DNA of 64,000 nt, taken from Patescibacteria group bacterium. Lineage in GTDB: Bacteria > Patescibacteriota > Minisyncoccia > Phycocordibacterales > Phycocordibacteraceae. This document shows, piece by piece, positions 47,626 to 56,516 of this stretch. Under the pieces are notes generated by a model. It was not told the DNA's origin, made no database searches, and was given only the letters and a program-made list of their open reading frames with translations. The position numbers and the translations under genes are program-made. The stretch lies in assembly GCA_038064595.1 (NCBI GenBank), contig JBBTSV010000001.1, forward strand, positions 1,915 to 65,914, given 5' to 3'. The stretch's first letter is position 1. Each line of letters opens with the position of its first letter.

Positions 47626-48756
47626 ATGGATAAGAAAAAAATAGTCGCGACGTTTATGAAGCAGGGGGCGCGCATCGAGACGAAGGCGCGTGTGTCACTC
47701 AAGACTAAAAAAGATGTCGCGCTCTGGTACACCCCGGGCGTGGGCACCGCCTCGCTCCACCTCGCGAAGCACCCTAAGGACGCGCGTAAGATGTCAGTCA
47801 AGGGCAACAGCGTCGCGATTATTTCTGATGGTTCGGCGGTGCTGGGTCTCGGGAATATCGGCCCCTATGGTGCGCTCCCGGTGATGGAAGGGAAGGCCCT
47901 CCTCTTCAAGAGCATGGCCAATATTGACGCATGGCCGCTGGTCCTCAACACGCAGGATCCCGATGAGATCGTGCGTACCGTGCAGGCTATCGCCCCCTCC
48001 TTTGGCGGGATCAACTTGGAGGACATCAAGGCGCCCCAGTGCTTTCTGGTCGAGCGGCGACTTATCGAGAGTCTCGATATACCGGTGATGCATGACGATC
48101 AGCACGGGACAGCAATTGTGGTCTTGGCAGGGCTCATCAATGCTGCGAAGGTGGTGAAGAAAAGTCTGAAGAGTCTCAAGATCGTGATCAGCGGTGCCGG
48201 CGCAGCCGGCACCGCGGTGGCCAAGCTCCTTTTGGCGGCTGGAGTGAAGGACATTGTTCTCCTCGACCGTGCGGGCGCGATCTACACCGGTCGCCCCGGT
48301 CTCTCGGGCGAAAAGAGTGAGCTCGCGCGGCTTACCAATCCGCGAAATGTGGGCGGCGATCTTGCTGTGGTGATTAAGGGCGCCGACGCCTTTGTCGGCC
48401 TCTCAGGCAAGGGACTCCTCCACGCGGAGCATGTCGCAAGTATGGCACCGCGGAGCATCGTCTTCGCGCTTGCGAACCCTGACCCTGAAATCTTGCCAGA
48501 TGTTGCCACAAAAGCGGGCGCGGCTGTCGTTGCCACCGGGCGCTCTGATTTCCCCAATCAGATCAACAACGCGCTCGTCTTCCCGGGTATCTTCCGCGGT
48601 GCACTCGATAGGGGCGTGAGGCAGATCACGCAAGCGACCAAGCTGCGCGCGGCGCGCGCAATCGCTGCTCTCGTGAAGAAACCCTCGGCGAGCAGGATTA
48701 TTCCCGATCTCCTTGACACTCGGGTGGTAAAAGCGGTCGCAGGGGCAGTACGCTAA
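47626..48756 (+). CDS. NAD(P)-dependent malic enzyme
   Basis: YTPGV, DGSAVLGLGNIG, MEGK, NLEDI, HDDQHGTA, ATGRSDFPNQINN. Confidence 0.95.
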   Translation: MDKKKIVATFMKQGARIETKARVSLKTKKDVALWYTPGVGTASLHLAKHPKDARKMSVKGNSVAIISDGSAVLGLGNIGPYGALPVMEGKALLFKSMANIDAWPLVLNTQDPDEIVRTVQAIAPSFGGINLEDIKAPQCFLVERRLIESLDIPVMHDDQHGTAIVVLAGLINAAKVVKKSLKSLKIVISGAGAAGTAVAKLLLAAGVKDIVLLDRAGAIYTGRPGLSGEKSELARLTNPRNVGGDLAVVIKGADAFVGLSGKGLLHAEHVASMAPRSIVFALANPDPEILPDVATKAGAAVVATGRSDFPNQINNALVFPGIFRGALDRGVRQITQATKLRAARAIAALVKKPSASRIIPDLLDTRVVKAVAGAVR

Positions 48757-48778
48757 AAGAGATGATATACTCCATACT

Positions 48779-49345
48779 ATGACTACTATTACCATCGTTC
48801 TTATTGCGTTAGCAGTCGTTGTTTTATGGGCTATTTATTCGTATAACCGCTTCGTGACGCTCGTGAATCAGGCCAAGGAAGCGTGGTCGGACATCAGCGT
48901 TCAACTGAAGCGTCGCTACGATCTTATTCCGAATCTCATCGAGACGGTTAAGGGGTATGCTACTCACGAGTCGAGTGCGTTTGAGAATGTCACCAAGGCG
49001 CGTGCCGCCGCGATGGGGGCCGGAGGAGCAGCGCCAGCCGCGCAAGCACAGGCCGAGAATATGCTCTCCGGCGCACTCAAGACTCTCTTTGCCGTCTCGG
49101 AGGCATATCCTGATCTGAAGGCGAACCAGAACTTTCTTCAGCTCCAGAAGGAGCTGGGTGATACTGAAGATAAGATCCAGGCGTCGCGCCGCTTCTACAA
49201 CACGACCGTGATGACGCTCAACACCGCTGAGCAGGTCTTTCCGGGGAATCTTATCGCGTCAGCGTTCAACTTCAAGCCGATGGACCTCTTCGAGCTTTCT
49301 GAAGCCGATGCGGCCGCAAAGGAGCCCGTGAAGGTACAGTTTTAG
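48779..49345 (+). CDS. lemA: LemA family protein (second)
   Basis: WSDISVQLKRRYDLIPNL, EAYPDLKANQNF. Confidence 0.93.
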   Translation: MTTITIVLIALAVVVLWAIYSYNRFVTLVNQAKEAWSDISVQLKRRYDLIPNLIETVKGYATHESSAFENVTKARAAAMGAGGAAPAAQAQAENMLSGALKTLFAVSEAYPDLKANQNFLQLQKELGDTEDKIQASRRFYNTTVMTLNTAEQVFPGNLIASAFNFKPMDLFELSEADAAAKEPVKVQF

Positions 49346-50242
49346 ATGAATCTGTATCAGGAGCGAGCATCGAACCTTCGTCGGACATGGGCACTCGTCC
49401 TCGGTTTTTTGGTCGTCGTGATTGCGGTCGGCTACGCTATTTCTTGGTATTACGGCAACCCCCTTATCCTCTATGTGGCGGTGATGGTTGCGGTAGCGAC
49501 CAACTTTTACGCGTATTGGGCCTCTGACAAGCTCGTGCTCTCGCTCAACAAAGCGCGCCCTGCCACGCGGGAAGAGTTTTTTGATCTCTACACAGTGACC
49601 GAGAACATGGCGATTGCCGCAGGGCTGCCCACTCCCAAGCTCTACGTCATCGACGATGAGGCGCCGAACGCGTTTGCCACCGGCCGCGACGAGAACCATG
49701 CGGTCGTCTGCGCCACCACCGGATTGCTCGCACTCCTCTCGCGCCCCGAGCTCGAGGGAGTGGTCGCCCACGAGCTCGCGCACATCAAGAATCGCGATAT
49801 GCTCGTTATGACGGTGGCAGTGGTGCTCGCGGGCTTTGTGGCTATCCTCGCCGACATATTTCTGCGCACCTCGCTTCATGGAGGGTTCCGCAGCAGCGAC
49901 AGTAAACAGGGGAATGTCGTCCTCATGATCGGGGTGGTGGTCGCTATCATTCTCGCGCCGCTTGCCGCAAAGCTTATCCAGTTTGCGATCTCGCGTCGCC
50001 GCGAATTCCTTGCAGATGCTTCAGGCGCGCTCCTCACGCGCCATCCGGAAGGGCTGGCCTCGGCACTCCGTAAGATAAGCGGGGTCAACCGGCCGCTCAC
50101 CCACACGAGCCACGCGACGGCCCACCTTTTCATTGACGAGCCTTTTGGGAAGGCAGAAGGGAAGATGGGGTGGATTAACGGCCTCTTTGCTACCCACCCT
50201 CCGGTCGAGGAGCGCATTCGCGCCTTAACCCACACCCCCTAA
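49346..50242 (+). CDS. htpX: M48 zinc metalloprotease HtpX
   Basis: PNAFATG, AHELAH, SRRREFLAD, FATHPP. Confidence 0.93.
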   Translation: MNLYQERASNLRRTWALVLGFLVVVIAVGYAISWYYGNPLILYVAVMVAVATNFYAYWASDKLVLSLNKARPATREEFFDLYTVTENMAIAAGLPTPKLYVIDDEAPNAFATGRDENHAVVCATTGLLALLSRPELEGVVAHELAHIKNRDMLVMTVAVVLAGFVAILADIFLRTSLHGGFRSSDSKQGNVVLMIGVVVAIILAPLAAKLIQFAISRRREFLADASGALLTRHPEGLASALRKISGVNRPLTHTSHATAHLFIDEPFGKAEGKMGWINGLFATHPPVEERIRALTHTP

Positions 50243-50264
50243 GGGGGTGGTGTATACTCTGCAC

Positions 50265-50933
50265 ATGAAATTTTCTTTTGGGTCGCCAGACAAAAAGCCA
50301 GACAAAAGCATAGACGCACTTGAAGAGTTGCGACTCAGTAGGGAGGCTGGTAATGTCGCAGGACTCGCAGAAGACCACATCAAGTATCTGGAAGAGCAGC
50401 ACGAGACAGAAGGACTCACGGGACTCAAGACTCGTAAAGTCTTTGACCGAGAGCTCGAGGCCGCGCTGGGGCTCTTGAGCGGGAAGATACAGGAGCGTCG
50501 TGCGCACGCAGAGGCACCAAAGGTCGTTTCAGTTATCATGGTCGACCTCGATGATTTCAAAAAAATAAACGATACGCGCGGCCACGCGGTAGGTGATGCG
50601 GTGCTCCGAAGCGTAGCCGAGGTTATCAGTGAGTGCGTACGTGCTTCAGACACAGCGGCGCGCTACGGGGGTGAGGAGCTCGTGGTGCTCATGCCCGGCG
50701 CGACCGCGAAGGTTGCCGCACAGCATGCTGAGGACATTCGAGCTCGCATCGAACAACTCACCTTCGATCAGTACCCTGACTTGCGAGTGACGGGGAGCTT
50801 AGGCATCGCTGAAGTTACTGAGGTGCATGAGAATGACGAGTCTGATGTGCTGGTAAAGAATGCAGATAGGGCTATGTATGAAGCCAAAGCGAATGGCAAA
50901 AACCGTGTTGAAATCTATCAAGGAGGGCGGTAA
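50265..50933 (+). CDS. GGDEF-domain protein (diguanylate cyclase)
   Basis: DLDDFKKIND.RGH.VGD, RASD I-site, RYGGEEL, AD.AMY.AK..GKN. Confidence 0.9.
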   Translation: MKFSFGSPDKKPDKSIDALEELRLSREAGNVAGLAEDHIKYLEEQHETEGLTGLKTRKVFDRELEAALGLLSGKIQERRAHAEAPKVVSVIMVDLDDFKKINDTRGHAVGDAVLRSVAEVISECVRASDTAARYGGEELVVLMPGATAKVAAQHAEDIRARIEQLTFDQYPDLRVTGSLGIAEVTEVHENDESDVLVKNADRAMYEAKANGKNRVEIYQGGR

Positions 50934-50970
50934 CCGGATAGAGGTTTTTCTGCTATAACTCATAGACGAC

Positions 50971-51055
50971 GGAGGGTTCGCATAGAGGTCTAGTGCGCAC
51001 GCTTGGAAAGCGTGTGTGGGGAAACCCACCGAGGGTTCGAATCCCTCACCCTCCG
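50971..51055 (+). tRNA. tRNA-Ser(GGA)
   Basis: GGAGGGT/ACCCTCC acceptor, CACGC-TTGGAAA-GCGTG, long variable arm GTGGG-GAAA-CCCAC. Confidence 0.96.
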
Positions 51056-51208
51056 CAATGATTCGCAAAGACGGTTGGGAACCGTCTGCGCGAAGCATCA
51101 TTGCGCGAGATGTGAGAGATTCGAAGGCCGGAGGGCGACGGCCCGAGGCGGGGTAGCGCAAATTTCTAGCAAGAAATTATGCGTGACCGAATCCCTCACC
51201 CTCCGCCA
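51056..51208 (+). repeat. tRNA-3'-linked structured element, copy 2, ending in a duplicated tRNA 3' end
   Basis: 19-bp direct repeat CGAATCCCTCACCCTCCGC at 51038-51056 and 51188-51206; core shared with 23197-23245. Confidence 0.88.
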
Positions 51209-51240
51209 GAAAGGAATGTTCTGCTATCATTGCTCTACCC

Positions 51241-51711
51241 ATGAAAAAATACATCCTCTACACGGTGGGCAGTATCATAGGCGTGGCTGTGCTCGCTTTT
51301 GCGTATTATGCGATATCGCCGCTCTTCAGAACTATCAAGGCTGACGATGCAATTCCTGATGCGAGTCCTGGTGTAAGCACCCCAACACCTCCTGAATCAT
51401 TTTCAATTATTGACACTCCGTTGCATCCTGCATCAGGCACCGTTCGAATCGTTCATGCAGATAATAAGAGCTACATCCGCTACGAGAACTTTAAGACCAT
51501 CAATGGCCCTGACATTTTTGTGTATCTGGCAAAAGATTTGGGCGCGAAAGAATATGTAAACATCGGAGCCGTTAAAGCGACGGAGGGCAATGTAAATTAT
51601 GAAATTCCAGAAGGAGTCAACGTCGACGAGTATCGGTATGTGATGGTGTGGTGCAAGGCATTTGGCGTCCTGTTTAACTACGCAGATTTGTCTCAACCAC
51701 GCCCAGAATAA
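51241..51711 (+). CDS. DM13-domain protein
   Basis: HPASG.V, NGPDIFVYL, G..NYEIP, VWCKAFGVLF. Confidence 0.88.
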   Translation: MKKYILYTVGSIIGVAVLAFAYYAISPLFRTIKADDAIPDASPGVSTPTPPESFSIIDTPLHPASGTVRIVHADNKSYIRYENFKTINGPDIFVYLAKDLGAKEYVNIGAVKATEGNVNYEIPEGVNVDEYRYVMVWCKAFGVLFNYADLSQPRPE

Positions 51712-51766
51712 GTAGACATACCGGCCCAACATCAAAACTAACACCAAAACCAGGTATACTTACTTC

Positions 51767-52243
51767 ATGCATATTACCCGCGACGGCCGTTTTGAACGCA
51801 CGGACATCTGGAGAGAAGGGAAGTGGCTTGACCTCTGGAGTGTGGTCCACTTTCTCACTGGAGCGTCGATCGGTCTGTTCGCACCCTTCTTCTCTCTCGG
51901 CACGCCGGCCACTGTCGTTATTGTCTTTTTACTCCTCACGGGCTACGAGATGTGGGAAAAGATCGTTGCTATTGAAGAAGCACCCACGAATCGGGTGATG
52001 GATGTGGTGGTCGGTATGGCAAGCTTCCTTCCCACCTACCTTCTTCTCATTCCACGACTCTCTGATACCTCCTTTATCCTCGTCAGCGGTTTTGTCATCA
52101 CGGCGAATATCGTGATGAGTGTCTTTGGGTGGGTTGCTTCACAAAAGGCCGCAGCGCTTGAGCAGCGCTTGCGTGAGCGTTATGAGCGGCGGCGGGCGCG
52201 GTTACGCGCCCGCAAGCTCGAGCGTTCTCTCGGACAGCCATAA
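51767..52243 (+). CDS. hypothetical membrane protein
   Basis: D.WS..HF, WE, E...N...D motifs with TM helices. Confidence 0.75.
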   Translation: MHITRDGRFERTDIWREGKWLDLWSVVHFLTGASIGLFAPFFSLGTPATVVIVFLLLTGYEMWEKIVAIEEAPTNRVMDVVVGMASFLPTYLLLIPRLSDTSFILVSGFVITANIVMSVFGWVASQKAAALEQRLRERYERRRARLRARKLERSLGQP

Positions 52244-52507
52244 GGGGAATACACTTTATTTCTTTGAGTTTTCAAGGACACATAAAGCTCTTTTTGTTTT
52301 GCGTCATCTAGACAGAGATGTCTTTTACACTCCAAGTAGCTTTTGTGTCTGATACATGTCTTTTACGCACGAATGCGTCAAATATCTGACGTTCATTGAA
52401 AAACTTTCTAAGCGTTACGAAATAACGCTGTCCACAATGACGTTTGCGGGGTGTAGGAGTACACTTATCAAAACAAGGTCATTATCAGTTTTCTAATTGT
52501 CCTCCTC

Positions 52508-54895
52508 ATGTCCAAATCTGCGAAAGTTTCTCTCCGCTCAAAGGCACTTGTCGCTCCCGTGTCGCAGGCTGCCGGGCCGGCTGACTCAAAGGAGACGCTC
52601 CGCTATCGTGAGCTCATCCCACAAGTTGAGAAACGTGATGGGCGACTCGTCCCCTTCAACTTTGACAAGATTGCGACCGCTGTGTGGAAGGCAATGAGTG
52701 AAGCAGGAGAGGGTGGACAAGAGGACGCGATCTTGGTCGCGCACCAGGTCGCGGGAGAGCTCGCGCGCTTTGCCAAAAAGTATAAGAGTTTTCTTCCCAC
52801 GGTGGAGGGGATGCAGGACTCGGTCGAGAAATACCTTATATTAAACGACTACGTCAAGACGGCCAAAGCCTACATCCTCTATCGCGATAAGCGCGCCCAG
52901 CTACGCGCCGCACACATCGATATCCCCGAACATGTGAAGAAGCTTGCAGAGGAAAGCAAGAAATATTTTGCAGGGAACACGCTCGGTGAGTTCGTCTATT
53001 TGCGCACCTATGCGAAATGGATCCCTGAAGAGGGTCGCCGTGAGACATGGGTCGAGACGGTCGATCGCTATATAGCTTTCATGCGCGAGAACCTTGGCCA
53101 GAAGCTCACCGAGAAAGAGTATGCCGAGGTACGCATGGGGATCCTCAAGCAGGAGGTGATGCCCTCAATGCGTCTCATGCAGTTTTCTGGTGAGGCAGCA
53201 CGCCGCTGTAATGCGTGTGCCTATAACTGTACTTTTGTTGCACCCACGGGACTGCGCGACTTCGCCGAGATCATGTATCTCTCGATGCAGGGATGCGGGG
53301 TTGGCTTTGCGGTTGAGAGTCAGAATGTCGAGCAGTTCCCACAGATTAAGAAGCAGATGGGGACGAAGCTCCCCGTGCACGTTATCGGTGATTCAAAAGA
53401 GGGATGGTGCGACGCGCTCACTCTCGGGGTTGAGACCTGGTATGCCGGCAAGGACATCACGTTTGACTACTCCCAGATTCGCCCCGCAGGTGCCCGACTG
53501 AAGACGATGGGAGGGAAGGCGAGTGGCCCCGAGCCACTCATGTCTCTCCTCTCCTTTGCTCGTGATCGGATTCTCACGCGCGCTGGTCGCCGACTCCGTG
53601 CGATCGACGTTCACGACATCTGCTGCAAGATTGGTGAATGTGTGGTTGCGGGTGGAGTCCGCCGCACCGCGATGATCTCACTCTCTGATCTCGACGATGT
53701 CGAGATGCGTGACGCGAAGAAGGGGCAGTTCTACATGACCGATCCACATCGTTCAGTTGCGAACAACTCAGCCGTGTACGAGGCGCAGCCGACCAATGCC
53801 GAGCTTATGGACGAGTGGGTCGCGCTCATGAAGAGCGGGAGCGGTGAACGAGGGATCTTCAACCGCGGCTCTTTGGCGGTCACGTTTCCCAAGCGTCGCA
53901 CCGACTACTTTAAGAAAGTCGGTTTTATTGGTGAAGACGGCGTGGTTCGTGGTCCGATTGGCACGAATCCGTGCGCCGAGATCATCCTCCAGTCAAAACA
54001 GTTCTGCAACCTCTCGGAGGTGATTGCGCGTGCGCACGACACGGAGGCGAGCCTCCTGCGCAAAGCACGCCTTGCCGCAATCCTCGGTACCTATCAGTCG
54101 ACTCTGACCAAGTTCAATTACATCTCGCAGGAGTGGGCTGACCACTGTAAAACGGAACGACTCCTCGGAGTCTCGGTGACGGGGCAGTGGGACTCGCCAG
54201 TTGCTCGCCAAAGCGAGGTGATGCGTAAGATCCGCGACGTTGCTGTGAAGGCCAACGTCCTCTACGCGAAGCGTTTTGGCGTCGAACGCTCGATGGCAGT
54301 CACCGCTGTTAAGCCCTCAGGCACCGTCTCCCAGACCTTTAATTGCGCGTCAGGCATCCATCCACGTCACGCGCCTTACTACATCCGCCGCGTGCGCATT
54401 AGCGCGACCGACTCGCTCTTCAAGATGATGCGTGATCAAGGCGTGCCGTATTACCCTGAAGTGGGGCAGTCGCTCGAAGAAGCCAACACGTATGTTTTTG
54501 AATTTCCAATCAAGGCTCCCGACCACTCAAAAGAGGCTCGATTTAAAGATAGCCTCACTGCGCTCGACCAGCTTGAATACTGGAAGCGGGTCAAGCTTAA
54601 CTTCACCGAGCATAACCCATCGGCCACGGTCTCGGTCGGTCCTGATGAATGGATCGGCGTGGTGGACTGGATCCAGAAGAACTGGGATATCATCGGCGGG
54701 CTCTCCTTCCTCCCGAGAACCGATCACGTTTATCGTCTCGCGCCCTACGAGCAGATTTCAAAAGAAGAATACGAGGCACGTCTCGCGCGCTTCCCTGAAG
54801 TAGACTACTCCAAGTTGATAGCCTATGAGCGGCAGGATGAAACCGAGATGAAGAAGGAACTCGCTTGTGCAGGTGGTGTCTGCGAGATCGTCTAG
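52508..54895 (+). CDS. nrdJ: class II (B12-dependent) ribonucleotide reductase with N-terminal ATP cone
   Basis: VEKRDGR ATP cone, RTY..., VVAGGVRR.A, TNPCAEI, VKPSGTVS, C-terminal CAGGVC. Confidence 0.9.
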   Translation: MSKSAKVSLRSKALVAPVSQAAGPADSKETLRYRELIPQVEKRDGRLVPFNFDKIATAVWKAMSEAGEGGQEDAILVAHQVAGELARFAKKYKSFLPTVEGMQDSVEKYLILNDYVKTAKAYILYRDKRAQLRAAHIDIPEHVKKLAEESKKYFAGNTLGEFVYLRTYAKWIPEEGRRETWVETVDRYIAFMRENLGQKLTEKEYAEVRMGILKQEVMPSMRLMQFSGEAARRCNACAYNCTFVAPTGLRDFAEIMYLSMQGCGVGFAVESQNVEQFPQIKKQMGTKLPVHVIGDSKEGWCDALTLGVETWYAGKDITFDYSQIRPAGARLKTMGGKASGPEPLMSLLSFARDRILTRAGRRLRAIDVHDICCKIGECVVAGGVRRTAMISLSDLDDVEMRDAKKGQFYMTDPHRSVANNSAVYEAQPTNAELMDEWVALMKSGSGERGIFNRGSLAVTFPKRRTDYFKKVGFIGEDGVVRGPIGTNPCAEIILQSKQFCNLSEVIARAHDTEASLLRKARLAAILGTYQSTLTKFNYISQEWADHCKTERLLGVSVTGQWDSPVARQSEVMRKIRDVAVKANVLYAKRFGVERSMAVTAVKPSGTVSQTFNCASGIHPRHAPYYIRRVRISATDSLFKMMRDQGVPYYPEVGQSLEEANTYVFEFPIKAPDHSKEARFKDSLTALDQLEYWKRVKLNFTEHNPSATVSVGPDEWIGVVDWIQKNWDIIGGLSFLPRTDHVYRLAPYEQISKEEYEARLARFPEVDYSKLIAYERQDETEMKKELACAGGVCEIV

Positions 54896-54984
54896 ACAGC
54901 GTTTTTTCTTGGTATACTCGTGTTCAGACGCACCTTGTCGCTACTGGGCGTCCTGTCGGATTTCAACGCAGCAAAGGAGATGAC

Positions 54985-55188
54985 ATGTACCCACACGTCG
55001 ACTTCCGCGCGGGCTATGACAGACCGTTGACGACTGAAGAGCTTTTTCGAAACGCCTACATATGGCGATTCGATAAGGACATTCCTCACAGTGCCCTTCG
55101 TGAGGACGTACAGGCCTATGAGCGAGATGGCGTATGTCCGCCATACGTTTCAACCTACGAGGCCTATCTGTCACAACCTGCTCGGTGA
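54985..55188 (+). CDS. orphan hypothetical protein (cassette G)
   Basis: Extended -10 TGGTATACT, leader hairpin GACGC...GCGTC, AAAGGAG SD. Confidence 0.65.
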   Translation: MYPHVDFRAGYDRPLTTEELFRNAYIWRFDKDIPHSALREDVQAYERDGVCPPYVSTYEAYLSQPAR

Positions 55189-55243
55189 CTCGCTACCCCT
55201 CCTTTGCGTTTTGCGGGAGGGGAAGCCATTTCTATACGAGAAA

Positions 55244-55283
55244 AAATGGAAACACCCGCGCAGGAGCGTGGGTGTTTCCATTT
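55244..55283. terminator. terminator downstream of rnpB (possibly bidirectional)
   Basis: AAATGGAAACACCCGCGC...GCGTGGGTGTTTCCATTT. Confidence 0.8.
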
Positions 55284-55286
55284 AGT

Positions 55287-55662
55287 AGACCGGGTCGGTA
55301 AGCCGAATTCTGTTCCCGCTCTTTCTTGAAGAAAGGGCGGGAGGCGATCATTTATCTGGGATGGTACTTACGCACCACCTCGAGCGGCACTCCCCGCTCT
55401 TTCTTGACGAAAGGGCGGGACACGGCCTTGCATGCAGGTAAGGATTTGTTCGTTGCATTCCGGTCTTGCGACCGGCCTATTCCACAAGGGAATCCGCAGC
55501 CTCTCGGCATTGGCGTCTCTGTAGTCACCTCTATCCTCGCGGACGACGGGCGTTACCCGCTACCTATCTACCCGCTCTTTCCGTAAGAAAGGGCGGGTGC
55601 ATGTTCGGACTTTCCTCCCCAATACCCCAAAAGGGCAGTGGAGCGATCGTCTAACCCGGTCT
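55287..55662 (-). ncRNA. rnpB: RNase P RNA
   Basis: P1 AGACCGGGT/ACCCGGTCT, GAGGAAAGTCCG and ACAGAATTCGGCTTA (P4), extended -10 TGGTATAAT at 55669-55677. Confidence 0.95.
55315..55597. repeat. three copies of a 27-bp hairpin inside rnpB
   Basis: CCCGCTCTTTC-N5-GAAAGGGCGGG at 55315, 55393 and 55571. Confidence 0.9.
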
Positions 55663-55688
55663 GTTTCCATTATACCACACCTGCATTT

Positions 55689-56357
55689 TTATGGAATATC
55701 GAGATTCGCACAATACTGCCGTGCCTCGCGCAACATCTTGTGTATGGGGATAGTCCGCGCTTGAGACAGTATCTCGGTGTCTATGATAGCGCTGGCCGGC
55801 GTGGGTACGCCACAGTGAGCACTGAGGCTTGAATACGGATAGGTTGCTAAACGTTCTTCCACAAACTGATGGTCCACTACATGCCCCGTTTTCCATTCCG
55901 GTTCGTACAATATGGTCGGGTTAGCGTGCACATAGTTGATAAGGTGCGGATAGCGGTCGGGCGACGCATGGATCGACTGAAATGGCTTAAGGAACAGGTT
56001 ACCTTCTCGCTTATAGCGAGCGTTGAAGTAGAGCGTATACGCTGTCCCCACTTTCCGCATGAAGGTGGTAATACCCCCTTCTGAGGTTTCTTTGAGTGCG
56101 AGGTGGAAGTGGCTAGGCATCAGACAGAATGCCCCAATAGCGACGATTTTTTTGGTACGAGGAATCTTCAAAACCTCTTCAAACTTGCGTGTGCCGATGT
56201 CGTTGCGTCGCAGTGGCGCCTCATCATTGGCTAAGTAGAGGAGTTCTAGAAAGCGGTGATAGTCTCTGGTGTCCTCAAATGAGATACGTTTTTCGATACC
56301 GCGATTATAACAGTGGTACCACTCTCCTAGAGCAAACGGTGCATCTCGCTTTGTCAT
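55689..56357 (-). mobile_element. RAYT-like Y1 HUH tyrosine transposase (IS200-like fold)
   Basis: YHCYNRG, FCLMPSHFHL (HUH), YFN.RY...GNLF, YVHANP catalytic Tyr, YPYSS. Confidence 0.88.
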
Positions 56358-56372
56358 AAGGCACATAATACA

Positions 56373-56424
56373 AGGTGTCACCTTACGGAGTCAATGAAAT
56401 ACAAAAAATAATAAGGTGACACCT
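56373..56424. repeat. inverted pair of 13-bp REP-like palindromes at the transposase promoter
   Basis: AGGTGTCACCTTA (56373-56385) and TAAGGTGACACCT (56412-56424). Confidence 0.75.
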
Positions 56425-56516
56425 CGCGGATACGTGTGGATAAGTCACTAGGTACACTCAAGATGAGAAGATACACTGACCCTATTACTAGTGAGTAGCT
56501 ATCACCATATCCACAT

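Noticed and set aside
52508-54895. Intein or intron in nrdJ
   Set aside because: The frame is continuous, the length fits ATP cone plus class II RNR, and no splice motifs are seen.
55326-55832. Short plus-strand ORFs
   Set aside because: Antisense to rnpB and the transposase.
56435-56515. Replication origin suggested by TGTGGATAA and ATATCCACA
   Set aside because: Only two boxes, no dnaA/dnaN nearby and no clear unwinding element; similar single boxes occur near 756, 5960 and 52430.
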